DNA of 64,000 nt from Heterodontus francisci (Eukaryota), in the NCBI RefSeq assembly GCF_036365525.1, contig NC_090372.1:39618246-39682245 (forward strand). The letters are read 5' to 3'. Positions 27,591-40,089 of the stretch are shown here, piece by piece; within the stretch, counting starts at the first letter, position 1; each line of letters opens with the position of its first letter. The notes below the pieces were generated by a model that saw nothing but the letters and a program-made list of their open reading frames with translations, searched no databases and was not told where the DNA came from. Made by a program: the position numbers and the translations under genes.

Positions 27591-27864
27591 GTAAAAAGAG
27601 AGCAAGGAGGTGTGTGTGTGGGAAGCGACAGAGAGAGGGAGAGTTGGGTGGTACTGAATGAGAGAGACAGCAGTGGGATCGACACTGAGAGGAAGGGGAC
27701 TGAGTGCGATCAAGGGCACTTGTGACAGGTGGACATCTATCCGAAATACTTTGCATCTCTCCAGTGTTTGGGTAGACGTTGACTACCTGTGCAAACAAAC
27801 AAAAAGTCAGCTATCTCACTAAACCGGTGAACATAGTGAGGAGAAAGTAAGTCAATATATTCCA

Positions 27865-28800
27865 AGAACAAAGAAAATTACAGCATAGGAACAGGCCCTT
27901 CGGCCCTCCAAGCCTGCGCCAATCCAGATCCTCTATCTAAACATGTTGCCTATTTTCTAAGGGTCTGTATCTCTTTGCTTCCTGCCCATTCATGTATCTG
28001 TCTAGATACATCTTAAAAGACGCTATCGTGCCCGCGTCTACCACCTCCGCTGGCAACGCGTTCCAGGCACCCACCACCCTCTGCGTAAAGAACTTTCCAC
28101 GCATAGCCCCCCTAAACTTTTCCCCTCTCACTTTGAACTCGTGACCCCTAGTAATTGAATCCCCCACTCTGGGGGGAAAAAGCTTCTTGCTATCCACCCT
28201 GTCTATACCTCTCATGATTTTGTACACCTCAATCAGGTCCTCCCTCAACCTCCGCCTTTCTAATGAAAATAATCCTAATCTACTGAACCTCTCTTCATAG
28301 CTAGCGCCCTCCATACCAGGCAACATCCTGGTGAACCTCCTCTGCACCCTCTCCAAAGCATCTACATCCTTTTGGTAATGTGGCGACCAGAACTGCACGC
28401 AGTATTCCAAATGTGGCTGAACCAAAGTCTTATACAACTGTAACATGACCTGCCAACCCTTGTACTCAATATCCCGTCCGATGAAGGAAAGCATGCCGTA
28501 TGCCTTCTTGACCACTCTATTGACCTGCGTTGCCACCTTCAGGGAACAATGGACCTGAACACCCAAATCTCTCTGTACATCAATTTTCCCCAGGACTTAG
28601 TTCACTCTTGAATTGGATCTTCCAAAATGCCTCATTTCGCATTTGCCCTGATTGAACTCCATCTGCCATTTCTCTGCCCAACTCTCCAATCTATCTATAT
28701 TCTGCTGTATTCTCTGACAGTCCCCTTCACTATCTGCTACTCCACCAATCTTAGTGTCGTCTGAAAACTTGCTAATCAGACCACCTATACTTTCCTCCAA
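27865..28800 (-). mobile_element. CR1 3' fragment
   Basis: ORFs 28597-28821 (ISKFSDDTKIGG) and 27937-28566; 3' tail at about 27865. Confidence 0.9.
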
Positions 28801-30769
28801 ATCACATATTCGTCTTCTCATTTAAGGGTTCTTGACAATAATACACATTTGTTGTTTAAGTTAATAATTTTTAATACCTTTATCTTGCCAAAATTGTCTC
28901 ATCGGTCCCCTATGTATGATTTAAAAATTGTAATGTGACCTCCCACTTGTAAAGGTTGGACACTCCTGTTCTAAACCTTGCGTTTTAAAATAACCTGTGG
29001 CTTGTGTTATGTGAACTCATTTTAAAATGGCAAAAAGTTACGAAGGGAATACCTCGATTTCTATGTTCTGACTCGAATTACTTTCACTTGGGACATGAGG
29101 TCAGTGACATGTTGAAAGTTGCTGGGCTTTTATTTTTATAGAAATGTCCAATTCCACTGCTATTTTTTTTGCTATCACATTGTTCCAGAACTTGTATTGA
29201 AGGGAAAAAAAGGCAAGGAAATCTAAGGAATCTCCAGAAGTCAGCACTCTCAGTTCCTCATGAATATAAGTTTACGGTGTAATGGGGCTGAGTGATATTG
29301 GCAAAAACAGGATGGTGCTGACCCACATAAAATAGTTAGTAAATACAATGTAACTGATAGCTTTAATAAACCTTAGTCTATGATGAACTGTCTATGATTA
29401 CAGAACAAAATCCATGCTGCATTTGCAGTTTTAAAAACTGTTGGGGTATGTTTCAATGACCATGTTAGAAACTGTCATTAACTAATTTTTTTTGCGCCGT
29501 ATTGGATTAAAGGACAAAAGTATGTCAAAGATCAGTTACTGCAGTGTGCATCATTCACTATCCAGTCTGAGGGCAGATAACTGAAGTGGCCAATGTCATT
29601 TGAAAGTTGTCTGGATCATATTACATTTTAAGTGCACCTTTGCTAACAGATAAGAGATTTGGCTTGGACATAAATTGGTTAGTCTGGAGTACAGTCTTGC
29701 AGATAGTGACTAAACATTTTGTAACTGAATAGTACATATAGTAACAGCCGCTCAACTTTTTGCAGTAAACCTTTTTGTTAATTATCTTGTCAGAGCCGAA
29801 TCAGAATTGACAGTGAAAGACTGAGATATAGACATGTGAATTTGAGAGAATCGCTTTATTGGAGGAACTGAAGGGTGCTCTTCATTTGTAATTGTGTTTT
29901 TCTAATTTTGTTGCTAGCTTTGGTGAGTAAATAACATTTTGTCCATGAGCAATACTGTTGTTTCTGTATTCTGGAATCTAGGACCTGGTTTAACAGCCTG
30001 TCAAGATGAATAAACTAGTCTTGGCTACCTACCTTTAATCTCTTTGTCGCTTCCTGTCCCACTCTACTTTTCTGTTTTACATGACAGCTGAAGTCGTATA
30101 TGCTCCATACTATAAAATTCTCCTAATTTGGAGATCACTGTCCTTTTGTTGGATGCCCTGTTCTCACAAATATTACAAGGAGAAGTTGCACAAACATTGA
30201 CCATCACATGGTAAATTTCCTTGTGACAATAGCAGTGTGAGAAATAGCCTGTCTTCCTATTGCTGATTTTTCTACTGGCTCACCTCAATAACCACAATAA
30301 TCTTCTCCTTTAGTGTCATGGTTTATTAGATACATTTGCACTCCTGACAGTGTGAATCCATAGAGGTCATCTGACAAAATCCACCCACCACCCTGTGACA
30401 TGGTGTAGCTGGCTCCATTCTCTCAATAAAAGTAATTTGCAGTGGCATTGCATGCTATTTTGCTTGCTAGTCCAGTTGTGTTACTCTCCATTGATATTTG
30501 TTTGCTTCGCTACTTATAGGGAGAAATGAGTTTTAAATAGGACTGTTTTGATGGCATTCGATTGGCTATACAGATTAATTGCCCCCATGTCCATGGCTGA
30601 ATCAATTTTGTTAAATGTCCATGGCGCAACATGTTGGTGCCTATCCCTGGGTGTAAGGCAAGAAGGTGATAATCGGGTCAGGGGAGAGAAAGTTTTCTTT
30701 TAAAACCTCAAAACCTACCTTAGAAGTGATGAGGTTAAGACTACTAAAGTGTTTTTTTTAAATTAGTGT

Positions 30770-33020
30770 AATTTATTAATAATTAGTAAGAGAGGAGGTG
30801 GCATGGCACTATTGATTCAAGAGTCAATTACTGCAGTAAGGAGGGATGATATCTTAGGTTCCTCAAATGAGGCCATATGGGTAGAACTTAAAATCATAAA
30901 GGGGGCAATCACTTGGCTGGGAGTGTACGACAGGCCTCCAGTCAGGAAGAGATAGAGGAGCAGATATGTCGGCAAATATCAGAGAAGGGGCTGTACTGGA
31001 CCTAATCCTAGGGAATGAAGCCGGACAAGTGGTAGAAGTGGCAGTGGGGTAGCATTTCTGGGATAGTGACCATAACTCTAAGACTTAAGGTAGTTATGGA
31101 AAAGGACAAAGATGGACCGGAAATAAAGGTACTAAATTGGGGAAAGGCCAATTTCAATATGATAAAACAGGATCTGGCCAAAGTGGATTGGGAGCAGCTT
31201 CTTATAGGAAAGTCTACACAACAGTGGGAGGCATTCATAAAGGAAATAGTGAGTGTTCAGGGCCAACATGTTCCTGTAAAGGTGAAGGGTAGGACCAACA
31301 ATTCCAGGGAACCCTGATTGTCAAGGGATATAGAGGATTGGATAAGGCAAAAAAAGGAGGCTTATGGCAGATGTCCTTTTCATCTGCGTTCACTATGCAG
31401 AAGGACGATTTAGATGTAGAGATCAGGGATGGGGATTGTGATATCCTTGAACAAATTAGCATTGAAAGGGAGGCGGTATTAGCTATTTTACCACCTCTTC
31501 AGGCAGTGCGTTCCAGATTCCAACCACCCTCTGGGTGAAAACATTTTTCCTCAAATCCCCTCTAAACCTCCTGCACCTTACCTAGCAGCGCAGGTAGATA
31601 AGGTGCTTAGGATGGCATATGGGATACTTGCCTCTATTTTTCTTTTTATTCATTGATAGGATGTGGGAGTCTCTGGCTAGGCCAGATTGTACTGCCCATC
31701 CCTAGTTACCCTTGAGAAGGTGGTGGTGAGCTGCCTTCTTGAACTGCTGCAGTCCATGTGGGATAGGTACACCCACAGTGCTGTTCGGAAGGGAGTTCCA
31801 GGATTTTGACCCAGCGACAGTGAAGGTACAGCGGTATAGTTCCAAGTCATGATGGTGTGTGGCTTGGAGGGGAACTTGCAGGTGGTGGTGTTCTCAACCA
31901 TGTCCTTCCAGGTGGTAGAGGTCGCGGGTTTTGAAGATGCTGTCTAAGGAGCCTTGGTGCATTGCTGCGGTGCATCTTGTCGATGGTACACACTGCTGCC
32001 ACTGTGCATCGGTGGTGGAGGGAGTGAATGTTTGTTGATGGGATGCCAATCAAGCGGGCTGCTTTGTCCTGGCTAGTGTTAAGCTTCTTGAGTGTTGTTG
32101 GAGGAGCACCCATCCAGGCAAGTGGAGAGTATTCCATCACATTCCTGACTTGTGCCTTGTAGATGGTGGATAGGCTTTGGGGAGCCAGGAGATGAGTTAC
32201 TTCCCGCAGAATCAAGCTCCTGTCTCTCAGTCTTTTAGGTCTGCTAAGAATTATGCTGACAAGCAATTTAAGGTTGTCAGTAGAGCTTGCAGTTTGGCAC
32301 ATTTGCGTGTACCTAAAGCTACATGTATTCATAAACAAGGTCTTGTTCTTTGCAGAGAGAAAGAACATGTACGAACATTGCACCTGTTCCAGCTCAACAA
32401 AATAAAGCCGAGTGCTTGGTTTGCTATTTTTATTGCCTTACTACCCTGTAGTACAGCTTTAATGATTGGTGTATTTGTATTCCAAGGTCTCTTTGTTCCT
32501 CTACCCCACCTCGACTTGCACCTTCCAAGTAATAGGTTACTTCCCTAATCTTTCTATCAAAATGTACTACCTCACATTTATCCATGTTGAACTTCATTTG
32601 CCAATTATTTGTCCATTCTGCAAGTTTATTAGTTCCTTCAGTAATTTGTTGCAGTCCTTCTCAGTATTGACTATTCCTCCCCGCCTTTCATTTGGTGTCA
32701 TCTGCAAATTTAGAAATTGTGTTTTTGATTCCAAACTCCTAAATTGTGAACAGCAGTGGTCCCAGCACTGATGCTGTGCAAAACCACTTCCCACCTTTTT
32801 CTACTCTGAATAGTTACCATTTATTCCCACTCTCTGCTTTCTGATTTGAAGCCAGATAGCAATCCATTCTGCCACGTCCTCTGATCCACATTCTTTGACC
32901 TTATTCATCAGCCTATTATGGGGCACCTTCATTAATGGCCTTTTGACAGTCCAGATAAATTATCATCTTCTCCATTACCATTGTCTACTCTCTTACATCC
33001 TAAAAAATTCAATAAATTTG
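30770..33020. mobile_element. Nested LINE fragments: CR1 endonuclease region (+, 30770-31490), second-family LINE 3' end (-, 31645-32215), old CR1 RT (-, 32395-33020)
   Basis: LDLILGNEAGQV...DSDHN on +; YKAQVRNVMEYSPLAW in ORF 31847-32383; decayed CR1 RT motifs on -. Confidence 0.8.
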
Positions 33021-33387
33021 GCTTGCCATATAAATCAAGTAACTCTTCATGATTCAGTGGCTCTGAATGTCAGACTACACACTTAACATGAATTTGAAAC
33101 TACATTGCCCTGCTGATCTGACCCCAGTTAATTCAGAGAAATAAAACTTAATAAATACTCCTAAATATTTTATTGTATCTTATAAGTAAAGCTCAAACTA
33201 TTCATTCTGGAAGTTGTGGTTTTTAGCCTTGGTCATTGGAGGATCTCTGACATTTGGTGCTCCTTTGTATCCCAACCACAGTTGTCCATCAGTGTACTGG
33301 TCAATAACCTATATTCGTATGAATATATATTTTTGTTCACTGACTTTGAATTAATAACTTAAATGTATATTGGTTTTCTTTTTGCAG

Positions 33388-33432
33388 GTCCACCATTTTC
33401 TACTCCCAGACTTGCAATTCAGGACCTATATG
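33388..33432 (+). CDS. TPMT: TPMT copy 1, coding exon (45 bp)
   Basis: tgcag|GT CCA CCA TTT...TAT G|gtggg; encodes GPPFSTPRLAIQDLY (GPPF motif). Confidence 0.93.
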
Positions 33433-33852
33433 GTGGGTTTGTTTACATTTATTTGAAGAATTTTGCCAAAATATAAAGGTAGTTAAATTCTATGCAAATC
33501 ACAATACAGTATCCTACAGCAATTACATAAAAATGTGGTAATCTGTTTTGGAAGTCATTCTTGGTAGTAGGTAAAAAAGAATCTTTATCTGCCGCAGTAC
33601 TAAAAAAAACCCAAGATAGAGCCCCACAACAGACCTTTTAAGGCCCAAACCACACTTAAATTCCTGCATATCGACAGGCAGCACCGAGTCAGAAGGTCCA
33701 GTTTCACCAATGCAGCCCCACCCCCATACAAACAGAAAGCAGGAAATTGGATCATCATTTAATTCAGAGTGAATTGCACTTCTTAATTGTTGCCCTGGTG
33801 TAATCGCTCCTCAAGAAAACCCATTGTCCTATCTACCATATTTGTTCAATAT

Positions 33853-35327
33853 TGTTATGACCACGTGGTGTAACATGAGTGGTTCCCACTTTTCAACTCC
33901 CCACCCGACCACAGCAAGTGTATTTGTGCTAAGAGTTTAGCCCATTTTCTTATTTTTCAAATAAACAGACAGCGACAGGTTTTCTTTACGGTTTTTAAAA
34001 ACGGAAAGTCAGTTGTTTATTGATCACTACGCCTTATCCTGAAATTGTTGCAACTTCATTCATGCACGCATTCGCTCGCTGGCGCACACACACGCACACA
34101 CACAAGAAACAGGTAGAGGGAAAGAGATAGATGGATTTTAGCGGGGGCAGAAGGATTATGATAATCCTGTTGAATTCTCTTGGGACTCGAGTTATGGAGG
34201 GTTGCAGGCCTCTGATGATTGTAGATTTTTCTTGATTGAAGGTCATTTCTAGCTTTCTGTCTGCTGTGTAGTGTTGATGTCAGATTTTTTTCATGGCATG
34301 TGCTTTCTGGAAAGCCAGCCATTGCAAATAGCTTCACCCTCTGTGTCAGTCTCTCTCTCTCTCTTTCTCTTTTTTTTTTTCTCTGTCTTTCTTTCTTTCT
34401 GTCTTTGTTTAACGGAGTGGCTCATGACAAAGCAGAGCATGTGCAGAGCGATTTTGGAGGTCATCAGTGTGTGCGAACATTTGCCAGTTGCCAGTATGAA
34501 TGCACAGGCTAACATCACCACGCAATGACATCCTCAGCCCTCAATAGTCGCAATTGCCACCTTCAATTTCCCACTCCCGGCTACTTACCATTTGCTCCCC
34601 GCTTCGCCACATCCCCCCCTCGGCCGCTCATTCCTGCCCCTCACTCCCCCCCCCGCTGCTTCTGTGGGCGGGAAGCAAGCAGCCAAGGGGAGGAGGTAGG
34701 GAGCGAGCAGCCAAGGGAGGGAGGTGGGGAGACAGCAGCGAAGCAAAGTGGAGATGGTGGGAGGGAGCGGGGTACTGTTGGGGTGGGATGAAGGTGGCAT
34801 TTGCAGCTATTGAGGGGATTTGAGTTTAATCCTTTCGTGTCAAATTGAGCAGCGCCATCTTTATTAGACCAGTCAATGAGGCTGCATTTGTGCATGTGAT
34901 AGTACTGCGCCACCTAGTGGTTGCATTGTCAGCAAACAGCCTTGTTTTTAAAGGTGAAACTGTCGCTTCTCGCCTCCTGTTGGGAGACATTCTGGTTTCT
35001 TACCCATGGTGATGGCACAATGGCCAAGGGTGTGGCTACTTCACACCTCCTTTGTTTGAGAAGAAGACATTCAATTCCAGAAGGTTTCTATGATAGGTGT
35101 GAGATGGGTTTCATTATCACCTTTTGGCTTTGAAGATTTGTCCTTTGTCTTTGACAGTCTATTTGAATATACAAAAGATTAATCCTCTTCTCTTCAGTGG
35201 CCATTTTGGACCATTGTTCACTTTTCAAAAATAAAGTTTCAGTTTTTAAAGAGGAAGTCTGTTTTTTCATAACTATTCAGCATTTCTCTTTGGATGTTGT
35301 ATCATCGCACCTCTGTTGTGCTTGACA
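33853..35327. mobile_element. Probable solo LTR (about 1.5 kb) in the last TPMT intron
   Basis: Termini TGTTA...TGACA with 4-bp TSD ATAT (33849-33852, 35328-35331); no coding capacity. Confidence 0.55.
34907..34920 (-). promoter_or_regulatory. CTCF core motif
   Basis: CCACTAGGTGGCGC on the - strand matches the consensus CCACYAGRKGGCGC. Confidence 0.5.
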
Positions 35328-35738
35328 ATATGCTCAGCAATAAAACTTTGAATATAAAGAGTAATTGTTCCCATTCCCTACAAAATTGTTTCATAGATGA
35401 CACCGACAAAGAAGGGAGAAGTAACAAAATTACTAAAAGTATTATGTAATAGAGCTAGCAGATGCTTAATAATTGTATCTACATCGAATCCAACCTTGTA
35501 TCTGTTGTCACTATTTTTGTGGCATTATTTATGTTGACATTTTAACATTTGAAAATTTCTAAGTAAATAATTGAGTTTCCCTATGTAAATAGTAACAATG
35601 TCAGTTCACTCTCTTTTAAAATTCATCTGCAATTTTTTCCTCTAATATCTTTATTTTGAACAATTTAACATTATGGAAAAATTGTCAGTTTAAGCTTTAG
35701 CCTCTGGAATATAACATTGCTTGTGTTCTTCTTTCCAG

Positions 35739-35866
35739 GCCAGTCATGCAACATTCAGTTGATAGAATCATCTGATGCTTTGACTGATAGACAGAGATTG
35801 TGGGGTCTGGATTCCTTCACTGAAGAAGCTCACCTAATTACATTGAAGACCGATATGGATTCCTAA
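35739..35866 (+). CDS. TPMT: TPMT copy 1, last coding exon (stop TAA)
   Basis: tccag|GC CAG...TCC TAA; encodes GQSCNIQLIESSDALTDRQRLWGLDSFTEEAHLITLKTDMDS* (human [37 protein letters not shown]). Confidence 0.93.
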
Positions 35867-37250
35867 ACATATGAATACCAAGCTGCATTAACTTTGATAA
35901 ATTTTGCAAAGCTGGGAAGTGAATCTGATTAGGAAAACTAAAACAATAGGTTTCAGATCAAGCAGAAAACTTAAGACTTTTCTCTTAGTAGCAGGTCAGA
36001 TGATGTACATTTTCTTAATTCTGATGTACACATTTTAAAGAGTCCATTCACGCTAGCTGTGGAGTTAGAGAAAAATGAAATAGTTATACAGCATTGCTGT
36101 GGTTAAAGTGTAAATGTAGTTATGCTATAAATGGTTCCCTCTCCTCAACTGCTGTCACCCACCTTCAACCCCTCTGTGCTTGCAGACTATTATCCTTGCA
36201 GCCTGCCTTTCCTCTCTAAGTTCTTGAATATGTTGCCTTCTAAATTGGTATTCATCCTCCCCACCACTCCGTTTTACAATCTCTTGTTTGCATGAGCAGG
36301 AACCTGATACAGCACCAAAAGGGTCTGAACTGGAGTCACAAATGGCTTAATCTGTGACTATGACTATGGCGTATTATGCCTTCTCTCAGAATTTACAGCT
36401 CAGAAACAAACCATTTGGTGCTGAAACCTACCTGAGCTTATTTGCTGCTGAAACCCCCCTTCATGCTTGACTATTGCAAATGTTAAAGTTCCAGCAAATT
36501 ATGGAATAAGTGAGATGCTCCACGAGTTGCGTACAGCCATAATTTGCTGGAATATTTGCACTTCTCTGCCAATAGACTCCCTTAAGCCAATAAAAGTTTG
36601 TTCTTATTTTTGAGCCCATCACTGCAGTCAAAGGCAATTGCCAATTTGCTGGATTTACCCAATTTTTCCTGGGAACAATTGATTTAAGATGTTTTTGGAA
36701 GTTGCAGCTGATTTATCTCTTAGGGCCATGCCTCAATCTTAGTTATGGCGGCTGTTCTCAGTACTTTGTAGGGTCATGCGGTTAGTCTGTAGGGTAAGCC
36801 ATTGGCTGTGTTATCCAGGAGATCCCTGATTCGTCATTGACATCTGTCATTAACAGATCGACATTCCAGCAATTTGTGGTGCAAAGATAGTCCAATATGA
36901 ACAGGGAGCTAAAACGTCCAATTAATAGCATTAGCTGTCAAATGCGCTGTTGGAACAAATGCAGACCCTTGTGTTTGATATCCATCTTTCCAAAGAGTTT
37001 GGTATGTTAATACAAAAATATATTCAGCCTAGTTAGCAATTTACTGCTGCTGCAATAGCTGCTAACTCCGCAAGTATGTAGCCTGGTATTACTGGATTAT
37101 AGAATATTTCCACCTCAGCAACTACAGGTACTCTATTGAGAAAGAAAGAGATGGTCCATTAAAATTTTTTAATGGTAACCTGGAATAGGAACAAATGTGA
37201 CACTGTCCTTAAAGAAAGACTCTCAACCTCAGGATATCCAAAAGCACTTT

Positions 37251-38560
37251 AAGAACATAAGAAATAGGAGAAGGAGTCGGGCACACAGCCCCTTGAGCCT
37301 GTTCTGCCATTCAGTAAGATCTTGGATGATCTTGCACATCAGCTCCACTTGCCTGTCCTGTCTCCTTATCCCTTGATTCTCTGTGTCCAAAATTCTGTTC
37401 ATCACAGTTTTGAACACTCTCCATGACTGAATATCGACAGTCATCTTGGGGGAGAATTCCAAAGATTCACAACCCTCTGAGTGAAGAAATTTCTCCTCAT
37501 CTCAGTATCCTGAGCCCTTGACCCTTCATTCTAGACTCTCCAGCAGGGGGTGGGGTGGGGGTGCAAATGATGAAACAGAGCCTCACATTTGACGCTGTCA
37601 AGTCCTTTAAGAATTTTACACATTTTAATGAGATCACCTCTCAATCTGCTAAACTTCCAGAGAATATAGGCCCATTCTATTCAATTTCTCCTCATTGGAC
37701 AACCCTCTCATACCAGGAATAAATGTAGTAAAGCTTTGTTGCACCCCATTTAAGCTATGTATATGCTTCCTTGAGGTCAAGACCAAAATTGTACACCAGG
37801 TGGGGTCTTAACCAAAGCCCTATATAATTGCAGCAAGACTTCCTTACTCTTTATACTCCAACTCCCTTGTAATAAAGGCAAACATACCATTTGCTTTCCT
37901 AATTGCTAGCTGAACCTGCATATTAAATTTGTGCACAAGGATCCCCAAATCCCTTTGAATACCAACATTTAATAAAGTCTTTCACATTTTTTAAAAAACA
38001 TTCTGCATTTCTATTCTTCCTACTACTTTTCCCCACATATTACATCTGCCTTGCTCTTGCACAGTCACATAACCTGTCTATATCCCTTTGCAGCCTCTTT
38101 GCATCCCCCTCACAGGTTACTTTCCCATCTAGCTTTATATCATCAGTAACCTTGGGATACATTACATTCAGTCCCCTCATCTAAGTCATTGTCTTAGATT
38201 GTAAATAGTTGAGGCCCATGTACTGATCCTTGTAGCACCACACTAATTAAAACCTGCCAAGCGGAAAATGACCTGTTTATTCCTATTCTCTGTTTTTGCC
38301 TCTTAACCAATCCTCAATCCATGCCAATATTTTACCCCAATCCCATGAGCTCTAATCTTGGATAACATCTTATGTGGCACCTAATCAAATGCCTTTTGGA
38401 AATGCAAACAAACTATATCCATTGATTTCCCCCTTATTTACCCTGCTAGTTACACTCTCAAAAAACTCATGGATTTGTCAAACATGATTTCCCTTCCATA
38501 AAACCGTGTTCGCTCTGCCTAGTTACATTACTGATTTTTGAAGTGGCCTGTTATAGATTC
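37251..38560 (-). mobile_element. Old CR1 LINE, 3' part
   Basis: Tail aagaacataagaaataggag and decayed RT motifs along the - strand. Confidence 0.8.
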
Positions 38561-38574
38561 TAGTATTAGTATTA

Positions 38575-38945
38575 CAGCCAATGAAGTACTTTTGAAATGT
38601 AGTACTGTTTTAATGTAAGGAAGTAGAGTGGTCAGTTTGGACATTATTTCATTGCTGTTTATGACCCAGATAATCTGTTTCAGTTATGTTGGTTGAGGGA
38701 TAAATACTGGATAGGACACTTGGAGAGCTTTGCTATCTTTGAAAGAGTGCTGTGGGATCTTTTACTGTGAGGCCATTTGGCTTAAACATTCATGCCAAAG
38801 ACTGCACCTTCAACAATGCAGCACTCCCTCAGTCGTGCACTGGCGAGTCAGCTTAAATTTTGTGTTCTAGTTCTTAATGTAATATGAACCCACAACCTCC
38901 TAATTGGAAAGTGAGAGTGCTGCCACTCGGCCACGGCTGGCACGC
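38575..38945 (-). mobile_element. DeuSINE (SacSINE1-like)
   Basis: Similar to 46890-47357, including cagcactccctcagt and the tRNA head near 38940. Confidence 0.7.
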
Positions 38946-39290
38946 AACGCAACGGTCACCAGACTGCGATTACTTATTTATGACCTTTCCTAACCGAGGG
39001 TCTGGAAAGTTAATTGCAGCATCCTCTCCATCATGCTGGCTGACCTCTGCGAACTAAATGAAAAGCAGCATCGGACTTCTCGGACCTTAAAAGCTCAATT
39101 GATTTAACAGGTTTACATTGCACTCCTCCGGTCTAGGGGGTGCTAACACATCTTTTAAAATATTGGATGTCGGAAGCAGGAAGCGTTTTTCATGTAGCAT
39201 TTTACAACCAATACGACGTTTGTGAAGCCATGTAAACTTTGCGTTCTGAAGAAAGTTGAAGTTACGTAACAGAGAGCTTTCCAGAAGGTA
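38945..39290 (+). promoter_or_regulatory. Candidate promoter / non-coding first exon of the second TPMT copy
   Basis: Non-repeat, locally CpG-enriched sequence with tandem ETS-like CGGAAG/CAGGAAG (about 39171-39183), the palindrome GTTACGTAAC (39261-39270) and a possible donor AAG|gtagtt at 39287/39288. Confidence 0.3.
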
Positions 39291-40089
39291 GTTAAGTATT
39301 TCACTGCAATTTGTTTTAAAATATAATTTTGTGGAAACTGTTATGTGATTAGTCATTTGTTGTAATCTGGAGAAAATGTCTTATGAATTCACTGTAAAGA
39401 AATGACTTTAATTCTGCCCGTTAGATATGTTGACAGGTTGCAAACTGCCAATAAAATCGGTGCCCTTTGTACTGTATAGTGAATCTATGTCCTACCTAAA
39501 ATTTGCAAGTCTGTGAACCAACTCATGACTTTTGGTTCAGTTATTGCCTGAGGCTGTCGGGTGTATGATTTTAATTTCAAAGTTGGTTAATTTCCACAGA
39601 TCTTTGGGGTGGGGGTTCTAATCTTTTTCTGCCGTTTGCCTAGATCTCTGATAGATATTTTATTTTGCCGTCTTTAGCGGGGGAATGCAATGTTGAGATT
39701 CTTGGCCCATCTCCTTAACGATGAAGACACAAACCCCTGCTGTCCTCCTCCTTACATGGGAAACGATATGATCATTTCCCCTCGTTTGCTTAGCTTCGTA
39801 CCAGTCAATCGACCAGTTCGTTTTATACGTAAGGTGAAGTGAGTTACCCCATTGTGATAGGGTCAAGGCACATAAAAGTATTGGAGATGGAAAATATCGA
39901 CGTTCATGGGGTTATTAATTTATTTGTAACAGAAATGGTGATAATCTGGTGCTGTTTCTCCGTCCAGGACATTTTTTTGGAAAAAAAATTCCTTGGCTTG
40001 GCTTCAGAGTCTGACTTATGTTTGGATTGTGTTCATATTTGGACACTATTCCTTCTCTTTCTGATGATTTACTGCTCCAGAAGAAGAAC

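Noticed and set aside
23773-28968. A hAT element enclosing the minisatellite (CAGGGGTCGGCAA ... TTGGACACTCCTG)
   Set aside because: The termini are hAT-like but only partly complementary, and the 8-bp flanks (GGTGTAAG vs TTCTAAAC) do not match.
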